A DNA stretch of 45,390 nt, taken from positions 1 through 45,390 of the forward strand of contig NIVC01001906.1 in the NCBI GenBank assembly GCA_002269645.1. The letters run 5' to 3'. Shown here piece after piece: positions 1-11,037 of the stretch (within the stretch, counting starts at the first letter, position 1; the number at the start of each line of letters is the position of its first letter). A program made the translations under genes and the position numbers. The DNA is from Macrostomum lignano. Its lineage: Eukaryota. The notes beneath the pieces are model-generated. The model worked only from the letters and a program-made list of their open reading frames with translations, searched no databases and was not told the origin of the DNA.

Positions 1-653
1 CTACCCAAATGGATCTCTATTATGAAAAGTTATTGCCTAGTATAGTTAATATCTAGCTTTTATTTTAATTCTTTTCTTCTGATTATCTACTTTTGTCTGA
101 TGATTCTGTTGCTGCTTCCTTTTTATCTAGTTCTATTTCTAATTCACTCATTAGTAACTAATGCCAATGCAACCTAATTAATGAAAAGAAACTTTTAGGC
201 TTTATTGTTATATTATATATAGTTAATTTCAATTGAATTTAAATCAAATGGCAAACTCGTTTTTGCCTCTTTTCTTTACAATAGCAAAATATATTATATT
301 TAATATAGGCTTATATTGTTTATTCTATATCCCCATTAACCATAAAAATCATTCTTTTCATTGAATTTCTAGTTGTATCCTTATGTATAATATATATTGT
401 ACAATCAAAATTTCATTGTTTTTCTAGTATATGTATAAATGTCTATAATAATAATATTAGGGATTTAAAGTTAATTTTTTATATAAAATTAGTAAACAGT
501 TTTTAAAGCTCCACGTGAATTCAGTCAAAAACCTATAATCTAAAGATGTTAATATAGTGTTTCCAAACTATACTACTGACTAGCTATTTCAAATTTATTG
601 CAACTATACTACTTTCATTAAGTAGTTTAATCCAAAAAACAAATTGCAAATTG

Positions 654-1312
654 ATGGCTTTTCCAGGCGCTAATCAGTCGGGCGAATTGGCCCTGACCGA
701 TCTAGATCGGGAGCTGCTGCGCCAATGTCAGCAAGAGAGTTTCTACAGGCGCTGTTTACCATTTAGCGCCGCCCTGACCCTGGTGACCTTCTGGCGTCAT
801 CGCCTGGGTCATTACCAAAAATTCATAGCCCTACGATATCTGGGCTCAATTGTGGCTGGCAATATCCTAGGCAGGGTGTCCTACCTGGGCGTTTGTAGAC
901 GGAAATTTATGGACACAGATGAGGAGCAAAGCGCTGTTAAGACAATGCTGATGAAGAAGCAGCCTCTGCAACAGCAGCAGCAGCAGAAGCAACAACAACA
1001 TCGCAGCAGCAGCAATGGCCAAAGCGAGACATATCTCTGGATAATCAACGCTCGATTCAGGATTTGTCTGATCTGCCTCTACCACGCCGCCTTCGCAGCA
1101 GCAGCAGCAGCCGAAGAAAGACCCAATCTATGTTAAGCCGGACTACAGCTACGGCTCATTCAGCGAACAGTACCAGAAACCGTTCAGCAGTAGTTACTAT
1201 GAAGACGATAGAAGTGGATTGAAAAGCTCAGATTCTGACCAGCAGCAGCAGCCGCAGCAGCGCGTCTGGAATGTTGGACGACGAGTTCTTTAATAAGGCT
1301 CGACAGGACTAG
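654..1312 (+). CDS. OCIA-domain protein (OCIAD1/Asrij-like), reading frame broken at least twice in the Gln-rich C-terminal half
   Basis: ATG at 654. LTDLDRELLRQCQQESFYRRCLPF...GNILGRVSYLGVCRRKF matches the OCIA domain pattern. The poly-CAG (Gln) tracts move from the 654 frame to the 1001 frame to the 1081 frame. The true stop is uncertain (TAA 1291-1293 or TAG 1310-1312). Confidence 0.75.
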
Positions 1313-1739
1313 GGAGACAGAGAGGATCTGTCAAGTGCCTGTTTGAGACTTCGAGTTGGAATTCAATTTGTCTTTGATTTTGCATTGCTGCATATATTTA
1401 TAGATATTGAATTAATATTTATAAAAGAATAAGCGCAACTTATCAGCCTTGTCTGAAATAGTTTCTATTGGCATTATTTTTATTATCATTATATTTAGTA
1501 ATAGCAGTAGTTAAAAATGATGATAAATTAATTAAACTGATAAATGCCGTAGTTTAAGCCCATTTTGGTCAATAATTTCTTAATCGGTTTTTGTTTTTTC
1601 GTTCTATCAGGTGGTAATTAACTGTTTGTTTGTTTGTTTGCTCAGTGTGAGAATTTCAGATCAGACCTCTGTTGTCACTATGAGTAACTGGAAGGTTACA
1701 GTTCTATTTTTAGTCCTGTAAACCGATTTGTCTTTTTGC

Positions 1740-1777
1740 CTGTCTGTCCGTCTGTCTCTGTCTGTCTGTCTGTCTGT

Positions 1778-1808
<31 letters not shown>

Positions 1809-1966
1809 CGTCTGTCTCTCCTAGTGTCTGTCTGTCTGTCTTTCTGTCCGTCTGTCTCTCTTAAGTCTTAGTGTCTGTCTGTCTGTCTTAGTGTCTGTCT
1901 GTCTTAGTGTCTGTCTGTCTGTCTGTCTCTGTCTGTCTGTCTCTGTCTGTCTGTCTGCTGTCTGTC

Positions 1967-1999
<33 letters not shown>

Positions 2000-2080
2000 G
2001 TCTGTCTGTCCGTCGGTCTCTCTTAGTGTCTGTCTGTCTGTCTTAGTGTCTGTCTGTGTCTGTCTGTCTTAGTGTCTGTA

Positions 2081-2143
<63 letters not shown>

Positions 2144-2415
2144 GTCTGTCTGTCCGTCGGTCTCTCTTAGTGTCTGTCTGTCTGTCTGTGTCTGTCTGTC
2201 TTAGTGTCTGTGTGTGTGTCTATCTTAGTGTCTGTATGTCTGTCTGTCTGTCTGTCCGTCCGTCTGTCTCTCCTAGTGTCTGTCTGTCTGTCTTTCTGTC
2301 CGTCTGTCTCTCTTAAGTCTTAGTGTCTGTCTGTCTGTCTTAGTGTCTGTCTGTGTCTGTCTGTCTTAGTGTCTGTCTGTCTGTCTGTCTCTGTCTGTCT
2401 GTCTGTCTGTCTGTC

Positions 2416-2452
<37 letters not shown>

Positions 2453-2533
2453 GTCTGTCTGTCCGTCGGTCTCTCTTAGTGTCTGTCTGTCTGTCTTAGT
2501 GTCTGTCTGTGTCTGTCTGTCTTAGTGTCTGTA

Positions 2534-2572
<39 letters not shown>

Positions 2573-2880
2573 GTCTGTCTGTCCGTCGGTCTCTCTTAGT
2601 GTCTGTCTGTCTGTCTTAGTGTCTGTCTGTGTCTGTCTGTCTTAGTGTCTGTGTGTGTGTCTATCTTAGTGTCTGTATGTCCTGTCTGTCTGTCGTCCGT
2701 CTGTCTCTCCTAGTGTCTGTCTGTCTGTCTGTCCGTCTGTCTCTCTTAGTCTTAGTGTCCTGTCTCTGTCTATCTGTCTGTCTGTCTCTCTTAGTGTCTG
2801 TCTGTCTATCTTAGTGTCTGTCTGTCTTAGTGTCTGTCTGTCTTAGTCTGTCTGTCTGTCTGTCTGTATGTCTGTCTTAG
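1740..2880. repeat. Composite (GTCT)n microsatellite with recurring CTTAGTGT and CCGTC variants
   Basis: Directly visible; source of the spurious SVCL-repeat ORFs. Confidence 0.97.
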
Positions 2881-3157
2881 TGGCTGTCTTTCTATCCCAT
2901 GTATGCACGTTTTTTGTTGAACTTTATCCAGCCTAGCCTAGCTCAGTGTGAATCGAATTAATTGACTTCACCTCTTTCAGCAATGTGGTCTGTTATCTTT
3001 TCTGATTAAACAATACGCCAAAGACAGTGTCCACACTGCGCACACCAGAGCATATTTAAGGAGAGACCCGCCGTTGTGCACTCTGCTCTCTCCTCACCCC
3101 CATACAGTAGACGGCCGGCCCTATCGCGTACACGCAGACAGAGCCAGGCGGTCCTGA

Positions 3158-6042
3158 ATGCTGCCATTCAGACGCGCACTCCGCTGCTTATGCGCACCGC
3201 TGCACCATTGCGGCTCCTGTTTCTATGTGTGCGGCGAAATCTGCTGCGAGGTGGTTAAAAATCCAGCCTTTCTAGTCGTATTCATCATCTTGTGCATTCA
3301 CAGCACTATATTAATCAGCTATTTCACATTCGCTAATACGGCTAAGCCAAAGCCCGGCCCGACTAAACCAAATCCTCTTGACGCTATTATGGCTCTACCA
3401 GAGTACAACGTGTTCTTAAAAGTGGCTAACGACACGTCATCCGAGTCGGTTCATATTGGCAGCGAAGACTTCAAATATCCGTTGCTAGTTGACATGGTTC
3501 AACTAGTTAGCCGGGTGCGCCACAATCTGTCAGTGAATGTGGCGCCAATAAATCGGCATAATTTTCAATTTCCTATTAATCAGGCCGATCTGTGCAAACC
3601 GTATAAGCTCACTGGAAGGAGTCAGCAGAAGCAGCAGCAGCAGCAGCAACCTGCAATAGTGCTGGTGATTAAATCAGCTCTCAGTCATTTCGATCAACGA
3701 CAATTAATCAGGGAAACTTGGGGCAACTTTGATTGCTGGCCAACTGCTGGCTCAGCTTCTTCTTCATCGTCTTCCTCATCATCATCATCATCATCCAGTT
3801 CCGTAAATAAAGTCCGTCGAGTATTCATGGTTGGCCAGCCGAAATCTGCCGATCCAAAATCTTCGGAGTATGCCGAAAAATTGGCTAAAGAAGTGGCTAA
3901 ATATGGCGACATAGTGCAAGCAGACTTTGTCGATCATTATTTTAATAATACGCTGAAGATGATGTCCAGTTTCAGCTGGATGATTGCTCATTGTCAGGGT
4001 GCGAGGTGAGACACCTTTGGGAGTACCTGTCAGTCTGTTTTATCATTCGAATCCCAATAACCCATCCACAAAATCATTCGAATCCCAATGACCCATCCAC
4101 AAAATCATTCGAATCCCAATGACCCATCCACAAAAGCATTCGAATCCCAATGACCCATCCACAAAAACATTCGAATCCCATTGAGCCATCCACAAAAACA
4201 TTCAAATCCCAAAAACCCATCCACAAAAGCATTCGAATCCCAATGACCCATCCACAAAATCATTCGAATCCCAATGACCCATCCACAAAATCATTCGAAT
4301 CCCAATGACCCATCCACAAAAGCATTCGAATCCCAATGACCCATCCACAAAATCATTCGAATCCCATTGACCCATCCACAAAATCATTCGAATCCCAATG
4401 ACCCATCCACAAAAACATTCGAATCCCAATGACCCATCCACAAAAACATTCGAATCCCAATGACCCATCCACAAAATCATTCGAATCCCAATGACCCATC
4501 CACAAAATCATTCGAATCCCAATGACCCATCCACAAAAACATTCGAATCCCAATGACCCATCCACAAAATCATTCGAATCCCAATGACCCATCCACAAAA
4601 TCATTCGAATCCCAATGACCCATCCCCAAAAACAGTCGAATCCCAATAACCCATCCACAAAAGCATTCGAATCCCAATGACCCATCCACAAAATCATTCG
4701 AATCCCAATGGCCCCTGAAGTTCGAATCGCCGCGACAATCCCAAGTAGATAAAAATGGTTTCCTCACTCGCGCAGATTCGCCTTCTTCTTGGACGACGAC
4801 TACGTTGTCAACCCGTTGAATTTGGTCCGGTTTGCCGATGCCATTCCGCCCGAGTCCTACGCAGGCACAATGGCCGGTTTTGTCTGGCGCAATGCGGCCC
4901 CGGTTCGTCGGGCGCCCAAGCGCAATCCGCAGAGCCGCTGGTTGATATCCTATCGAGAATATCCCTGGCCAATGTATCCGGCTTACGTGTCTGCCGGCGC
5001 GTTTCTGGTGTCTATGCCGGTTATTAAGGACTTCACTATCGCTATGGAATATACTAGGTAGGGAGTCTGCTGCGTTGCTTTGCTGTTAGCCAAGTTGCTG
5101 GTTAATGAACACAAATACTAATAGAAGAAAATAAGTAGTGGAAGAGATGAGGGAAAAGGGCGGAAGAGAGGAGGGAAGGGGCCGAAGAGAGGAGGGAAGG
5201 AGCGAAAGGATGAGAGGAGGGAAGGGGCGGAAGAGAAAAGGGAGGGGCGGAAGAGAGGAGGGAGGGGCGGAGGAGAGAAGGGAAGGGGCGGAAGAGAGGA
5301 GAGAAGGGCGGAAGAGAGGAGAGAAGGGCGGAAGAGAGGAGGGAAGGGCGGAAGAGAGGAGGGAGGGGCGGAAGAGAGGAGGGACGGGGCGGAAGAAAGG
5401 AGGGAGGGGGCGGAAGAGAAGAGGAAAGGGCGGAATAGAGGAGGGAGGGGCCGGAGAGAGAAGGGAAGGGGCGGAAGAGAGGAGGACGGGGCGGAAGAAA
5501 GGAGGGAGGGGGCGGAAGAGAAGAGGAAAGGGGCGGAAGAGAGGAGGGAGGGGCCAGAAAAGAGAAGGGAAGGGGCGGAAGAGAGGAGGGAAGGGCGGAA
5601 TAGAGGAGGGAGGGGCCAGAAAAGAGAAGGGAAGGGGCGGAAGAGAGGAGGGAAGGGCGGAATAGAGGAGGGAGGGGCCAGAAAAGAGAAGGGAAGGGGC
5701 GGAAGAGAGGAGGGAATGGCGGAAGAGAGGAGGGAGGGGGCGCAGGACAGAACAGTTTTATAAGGTGAAAGAAGCTGTGAATTGAATTTCATTGTCAGGT
5801 ACCTCCGCTTCGATGACGTCTTCCTGGGCATCCTGATGCACAAGCTGCGCATTGTGCCGTTGCACGCTGAACGAATTCACAGCTTCAGTCCGGTTTACCC
5901 AGACAGTCCCAGCTTCCCTGGCCTCATCGCCAGCCACGGCTACGCCAGAAAAGCTGATAAAGTCCGAGCCGCTTGGTCGGAGATTCTCAATCGAACTGGA
6001 GCAGAGAACAGATTACCACTAGAGTGCATGCTGTCTATGTAA
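3158..6042 (+). CDS. GT31 family beta-1,3-glycosyltransferase (brainiac/B3GALT-like), 3 exons, 457 aa
   Basis: Exons 3158-4005, 4776-5057, 5799-6042; both introns phase 2, total 1374 nt. N-terminal TM segment, IKSALSHFDQRQLIRETWG, YGDIVQADFVDHYFNNTLK, DxD motif FLDDDY, YPAYVSAGAF, RFDDVFLG. A GTAAGT at 6039 overlaps the stop, so a further exon cannot be excluded. Confidence 0.92.
4042..4712. repeat. 31-bp minisatellite (AAAATCATTCGAATCCCAATGACCCATCCAC) filling GT31 intron 1
   Basis: About 21 tandem copies directly visible. Confidence 0.96.
5140..5742. repeat. Purine-rich minisatellite (GGGGCGGAAGAGAGGAGGGA-like) in GT31 intron 2
   Basis: Directly visible; strong strand asymmetry (G/A on +). 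Confidence 0.93.
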
Positions 6043-6365
6043 GTACTCTTTTAACTAGCCCGCCCCAGATTAATAACAGGAATTATTGCTCGAATATTTA
6101 TATCTATATATAAATATGCATATTCCTAATTACCAAAATTTCTGTTCAAAATATTTTCGGTGATTTTGCTTTTCAAGTCTATTTAAGTTTTTGTTCTGGT
6201 CCGCAATTTCAATTTGGTAAAATGCGTTTTTACATACGAATTAGCTGAAGTTCTGCTTGTGTTGCTCAGTTGTCGAGTATTTTTCACCGGTATTCCTTGT
6301 TTTGTTTGTTTGTTTTGTTTTACTCTGGTCTACTAACTACTGTCTGTAGCTATCGGATCTGGAGG

Positions 6366-7030
6366 ACTATCTCCCTCTCCCCTATCTCCCTCTCCTATCT
6401 CTCTCTCTCTCCTATCTCCCTCTCCATACATGCGCAACCTCCAAAATTCGATCGGCCGTGCGACTTAGTTTTAACAAAAAATGCGACTTACCTGTGAAAG
6501 AAACCCGAAAGAAAAATTAACGCAATTTTGGGTAAACGGCAGGAGTAACTATGACTGTTTTATAAGGACTAAATGCCTCGTTATCTAATTAGTACTACGT
6601 CTATTCTTTGGGGTGGGCATTTTTGCGACTTACCTTGGTTGGCCGCCAAATCGGTCGGCCGGATCGGCCGACTGTTGCGCATGTATGTCCCTCTCTCCTA
6701 TCTCCCTCTCTCATATATCCCTCTCTCCTATCTCCCTCTCCCCTATCTCCCTCTCTCCTATCTCCCTCTCTCATATATCCCTCTCTCATATATCCCTCTC
6801 TCATATATCCCTCTCTCCTATCTCCCTCTCTCATATCTCCCTCTCCCCTATCTCCCTCTCCCCTATCTCCTCTCCCCTATCTCCCTCTCTCCTATCTCCC
6901 TCTCCCCTATCTCCCTCTCTCCTATCTCCCTCTCTCCTATCTCCCTCTCCTATCTCTCTCTCTCCTATCTCCCTCTCCCTACTTCCCTCTTTTCTATTCC
7001 CCTTTCTTCCCCTATCTCCCTTTTTGATCT
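6366..7030. repeat. 15-bp CT-rich array (CTATCTCCCTCTCTC), interrupted by a MITE
   Basis: Directly visible on both sides of 6425-6687. Confidence 0.93.
6425..6687. mobile_element. hAT-type MITE, 263 bp
   Basis: Perfect 14-bp TIRs CATACATGCGCAAC / GTTGCGCATGTATG; 8-bp TSD TCCCTCTC (6417-6424 and 6688-6695); three internal GCGACTTA(C/G) motifs. Confidence 0.85.
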
Positions 7031-7774
7031 CTCTCTCTCCTCCCTGTCTCGCTATTTTCTGTTCTCCCCCTCTTCTCCCTCAGCCTCCCCATCCTACATA
7101 CAATTAGCCTTTTAATTAGTCTCTAATCCTGAGCTATCATTTAGCAGGTTGCAGATTTTAGTTAAAGATTATTCCAGCCTTTCATTCGGTCTTGAAGTCC
7201 TGAATACAGTCAATAAGTATCTATATATGCATACATAATAAATCAAATATGGTACAGATTAATTATCTAGGCAATCATTTCTATGCCTAAAACATTTTCT
7301 GTATTTACTGGACCGACCTTCCAATTTTGCCTGATGAACACGGGCTTATTACTTCACTTTGCTATGTGCTAATGTTTACCTGCACTTACGCTTAATATGT
7401 ATTTTTTTAGTTAGACAAAAAGATATGTCAGCGCCTAATCTAACATATTTTTAGATGCAATCCTCAAGCGGTAGGAATTAAGGAGACGCACTGTTTATGA
7501 GATATGCATACAATATCCTCCATCTCCATTCTATTTCTTAAGTATAAGTATTCAACCTCCGTGCTGATTGCATTTTTCAAGTCAGTAAAAAATACCAAGT
7601 TGTATTGTACTGAAGTAACCAAAACTTTAAACTTTCTGTGTCTGGGTGAGATATTGGGCAACATTAGTACAGAACTACTGCAAAAAAATCTTCAATGCAC
7701 TGTACTGATACCTGCTACTGCTAATAACTGAAAAAAGTAGTATTTGGTGTTTTTTTGTCTTTGTTTGTTTAGCT

Positions 7775-7932
7775 CAGAGGTCGCAAAGTGTTTTTTAACC
7801 TTAAGGGCCAGATCGCAAACTTAGCTCATGGCAGCGGGAAGAGAGGAGAGAGCAGAGAAGAGACGCAAACCTTGAGCAGACCGGATTTCCAAAGGACCTG
7901 AGGGCCAGATAGAGAGGCTTTGCCTACCTCTG
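7775..7932. mobile_element. hAT (Charlie-like) MITE, 158 bp
   Basis: Ends CAGAGGTCGCAAA / TTTGCCTACCTCTG; degenerate 8-bp TSD GTTTAGCT / ATTTAGTT (6/8 match). Confidence 0.7.
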
Positions 7933-8446
7933 ATTTAGTTCAACCATTCGTAGGAAGATGTTGTCACGTTTTTCGGGATTTGGGATTTTTTGAAAAGCAA
8001 TATATTCAAGTCTCACTCGTCCCCCTCATGTTTAAAACAAGACCTCCAAAATGTAATAGGCTATATAGCCTCATCATTTCCAAAAAAAGATTTTAACCAC
8101 TCGCTTATTAGTATCTGTTTGTCTGATAGTTGTAATGGAGTCATAATGAATTATTCGAAAACTTGTTTGCAAATTAATCTACTTTTGTCTTCCTTTAATC
8201 TCAGTTTTTATCAGCTGGATCTAAGCAGATTCTATTTTGCTTTCTGTACGAATATAACCTAGATGTATTTCGTCTGTGGTCGCTTTAAAGTTTTGTTGCA
8301 ACGAATATTTCTTTCAGTTAGAAAACACGAAGAAATGAGAAATTATGTAAAATAGACACGGTGCACAGTGCGCTGCTGATGTAAAATTCAGACGTTTTCT
8401 TTTTGTCTTTGTTTTTATCTGGGCTATTGAGTGCACCGATTGCTTA

Positions 8447-8880
8447 TTGGACTGGGGAGTGGGGTGGTTATTTATTGGACTAGGGAGTGGGATGGTTGTT
8501 TATTGAACTAGAGAGTGAGGTGGTTGCTTATTGGACTGGGGAGTGAGGTGGTTATTTATTGGACTAGAGAGTGGGGTGGTTGTTTATTGAACTAGAGAGT
8601 GAGGTGGTTTCTTATTGGATTGGGGAGTGGGGTGGTTATTTATTGGACTAGGAAGTGGGGTGGTTGTTTATTGAACTAGAGAGTGAGCTGGTTGCTTATT
8701 GGACTAGGGAGTGGGATGGTTACTTATTGGACTAGGGAGTGGGGTGGTAGTTTATTGGACTAGGGAGTGGGGTGGTATTTTATTGGACTAGGGAGTGGGG
8801 TGGTAGTTTATTGGACTAGGGAGTGGGGTGGTTTCTTATTAGACTAGGGAGTGGGGTGGTTGCTTTTTGGACTAGAGAAG
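8447..8880. repeat. 28-bp minisatellite (TTATTGGACTAGGGAGTGGGGTGGTTGC)
   Basis: About 15 tandem copies visible. Confidence 0.94.
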
Positions 8881-9534
8881 GGGGTAGTTGTCTGACGCCA
8901 GTCATCTTTATTAGCTACGCCGTCATGTTTAAACTTATTTTTAGTCGCCCCGTTTGATGCTACTATCAAAGTTGCAGTAGTGTAACAAGTATATGCGCCT
9001 CTAATTACATGTATAATTTAAATAATTGAGTTACCATTTGCGATTAGCTCGACACTAGATTTTTTTATGACATACAGATTGCTTGTCATTCACTTGAATA
9101 AGCTTTATTATACGAGTACACAATGTAGGTGTAGCGCCTTCAAGCGCGCCTTTCAAAGTGTATCCTTATCTTTTATGCATGTACATGCAGTTCAACTGGA
9201 CGCAAAGCAAAGCTCAAGAAAGGAATGCAGCGCTGAAAAAACACGTGCTTTTACATTGAAGTGTTTTCGACAGTCTATCTGTAAATTTCACTTATTTTAG
9301 CTGACAATGCAAAATTCTCGCACAGCAATGCAGTGGTGGATTATTAGAATATTCATGGCTAGCTTAGGTTTTAAGGTGTCTGCTTAAAGCAGAAAAAGAG
9401 GTGTGCTTGACTACACGGCTGAACTAAAGTGCTCTTTCACGCGTGAAACGAAGTAGTAAATAGCGTATTTATTACTGTACTTTGTCTTAACGGTCTTGTA
9501 CGCCACTGCACTAGGGGAGGCAGTATATAGGACA

Positions 9535-10040
9535 GTAATGAGAGTTGAGACAGCTAGTGTAGTAGAGACCGCGTGATGAGAGTAGAGTAGAGACTGATGA
9601 GAGTAGAGACCGTGAAGAGAGTAAGGAGACAGCAGGTCGGTACGATGAGAGTAGAGAGTATAGAGACCGCGTGATAAGAGTAGAGAACGTGGTGAAAGTA
9701 GAGAGTAGAGACCTGGTGAGAGTAGAGAGTGGAGAAGTGATGAGAGTAGTGAGACAGTGATGAGAGTAGTGAGACAGTGATGAGAGTAGGGAGACAGTGA
9801 TGAGAGTAGGGAGACAGTGATGAGAGTAGTGAGACAGTGATGAGAGTAGGGAGACAGTGATGAGAGTAGTGAGACAGTAATGAGAGTAGTGAGACAGTGA
9901 TGAGAGTAGGGAGACAGTGATGAGAGTAGTGAGACAGTGATGAGAGTAGTGAGACAGTGCTGAGAGTAGTGAGACAGTGCTGAGAGTAGTGAGACAGTGC
10001 TGAGAGTAGTGAGACAGTGATGAGTGTAGTGAGACACTAG
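9535..10040. repeat. 20-bp minisatellite (GAGACAGTGATGAGAGTAGT), degenerate at its left end
   Basis: Directly visible. Confidence 0.93.
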
Positions 10041-10652
10041 GCCAGTGATGATGACCGCAAGCTGGGAGCAGTGTTGACATACATGTTGCTCACACAAGAG
10101 GCCTGACACGGCACTGGGTGCACTGAATCACATTTTGTGCATATTTGCGTAGGCGTTCGCAGTTTGCAGTTCTTGTGGCACCAATGACTGACAGTGGGCG
10201 CATCAGTACATTTTGCTGAACAATTTCGCATGCTGGGGTTGAGCTTGCATTTTCTTTTATCGTTCTAAGAAAGCTGGCTACTCGACCAGCCTGTGGCATA
10301 GCTATAAAACTAATGAGCTCCACCTACACCTTCCGCTTTGCTCTGGAATTGCCTATTGTGGCCGCCCCAGTCTCTCTCTCCCCCTATATCTCTTGCGTTT
10401 CTCGCCCTCTTGGCTCCTGCCTCCCCCCCCACGCAAATTAATTTTGGAGTCTCCGTCTCATTTTATTTGTGCGTCCAATTAGAAAACGCTGCCTCGTCGT
10501 TTTAGGTCGAAATTTATGCATACGAGTATAAATTGTACGAACTGCAGACCAGACGCATATGTTAATGTGGCCCGCGTCTGCTGGCTAAGAGCGAAACACC
10601 GAACTCTTCTAATTCTTCACCGCTGAAGAAACTTACCGTATATATCAAGGTT

Positions 10653-10886
10653 ATGCCAGCCTCATCAACGATGCTGGCAACATTTCTGCCGACTGTGGCA
10701 CTGCTGCTGCTGGCCAACACGCCAGAGACCAGCGGCTTGAACGTCTGGCTGGACAGATCGACTCTGGCTGGGGTGTTCGACTGGATGCAGTTTATCATGT
10801 CTAGGAAGCCGCACAAGGCCAACCGCTGCAGGCCCAGTGAGTGGCGCCGAGCTGCGTGTCTGTCTGTCTGTCTGTGTGTGTGTCTT

Positions 10887-10935
<49 letters not shown>

Positions 10936-10936
10936 G

Positions 10937-10971
<35 letters not shown>

Positions 10972-10972
10972 G

Positions 10973-11037
<65 letters not shown>

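Noticed and set aside
3694-3912. Antisense ORF with a poly-Asp/Glu run
   Set aside because: Shadow of the poly-Ser tract in GT31 exon 1.
10037-10323. Cys-rich minus-strand frames (CTQCRVR../CEQHVCQHC) resembling a piggyBac C-terminal or B-box motif
   Set aside because: Needs frameshifts, has no clear splice sites, TIRs or TTAA ends, and no catalytic domain nearby. A tBLASTn search would be needed to rescue it.
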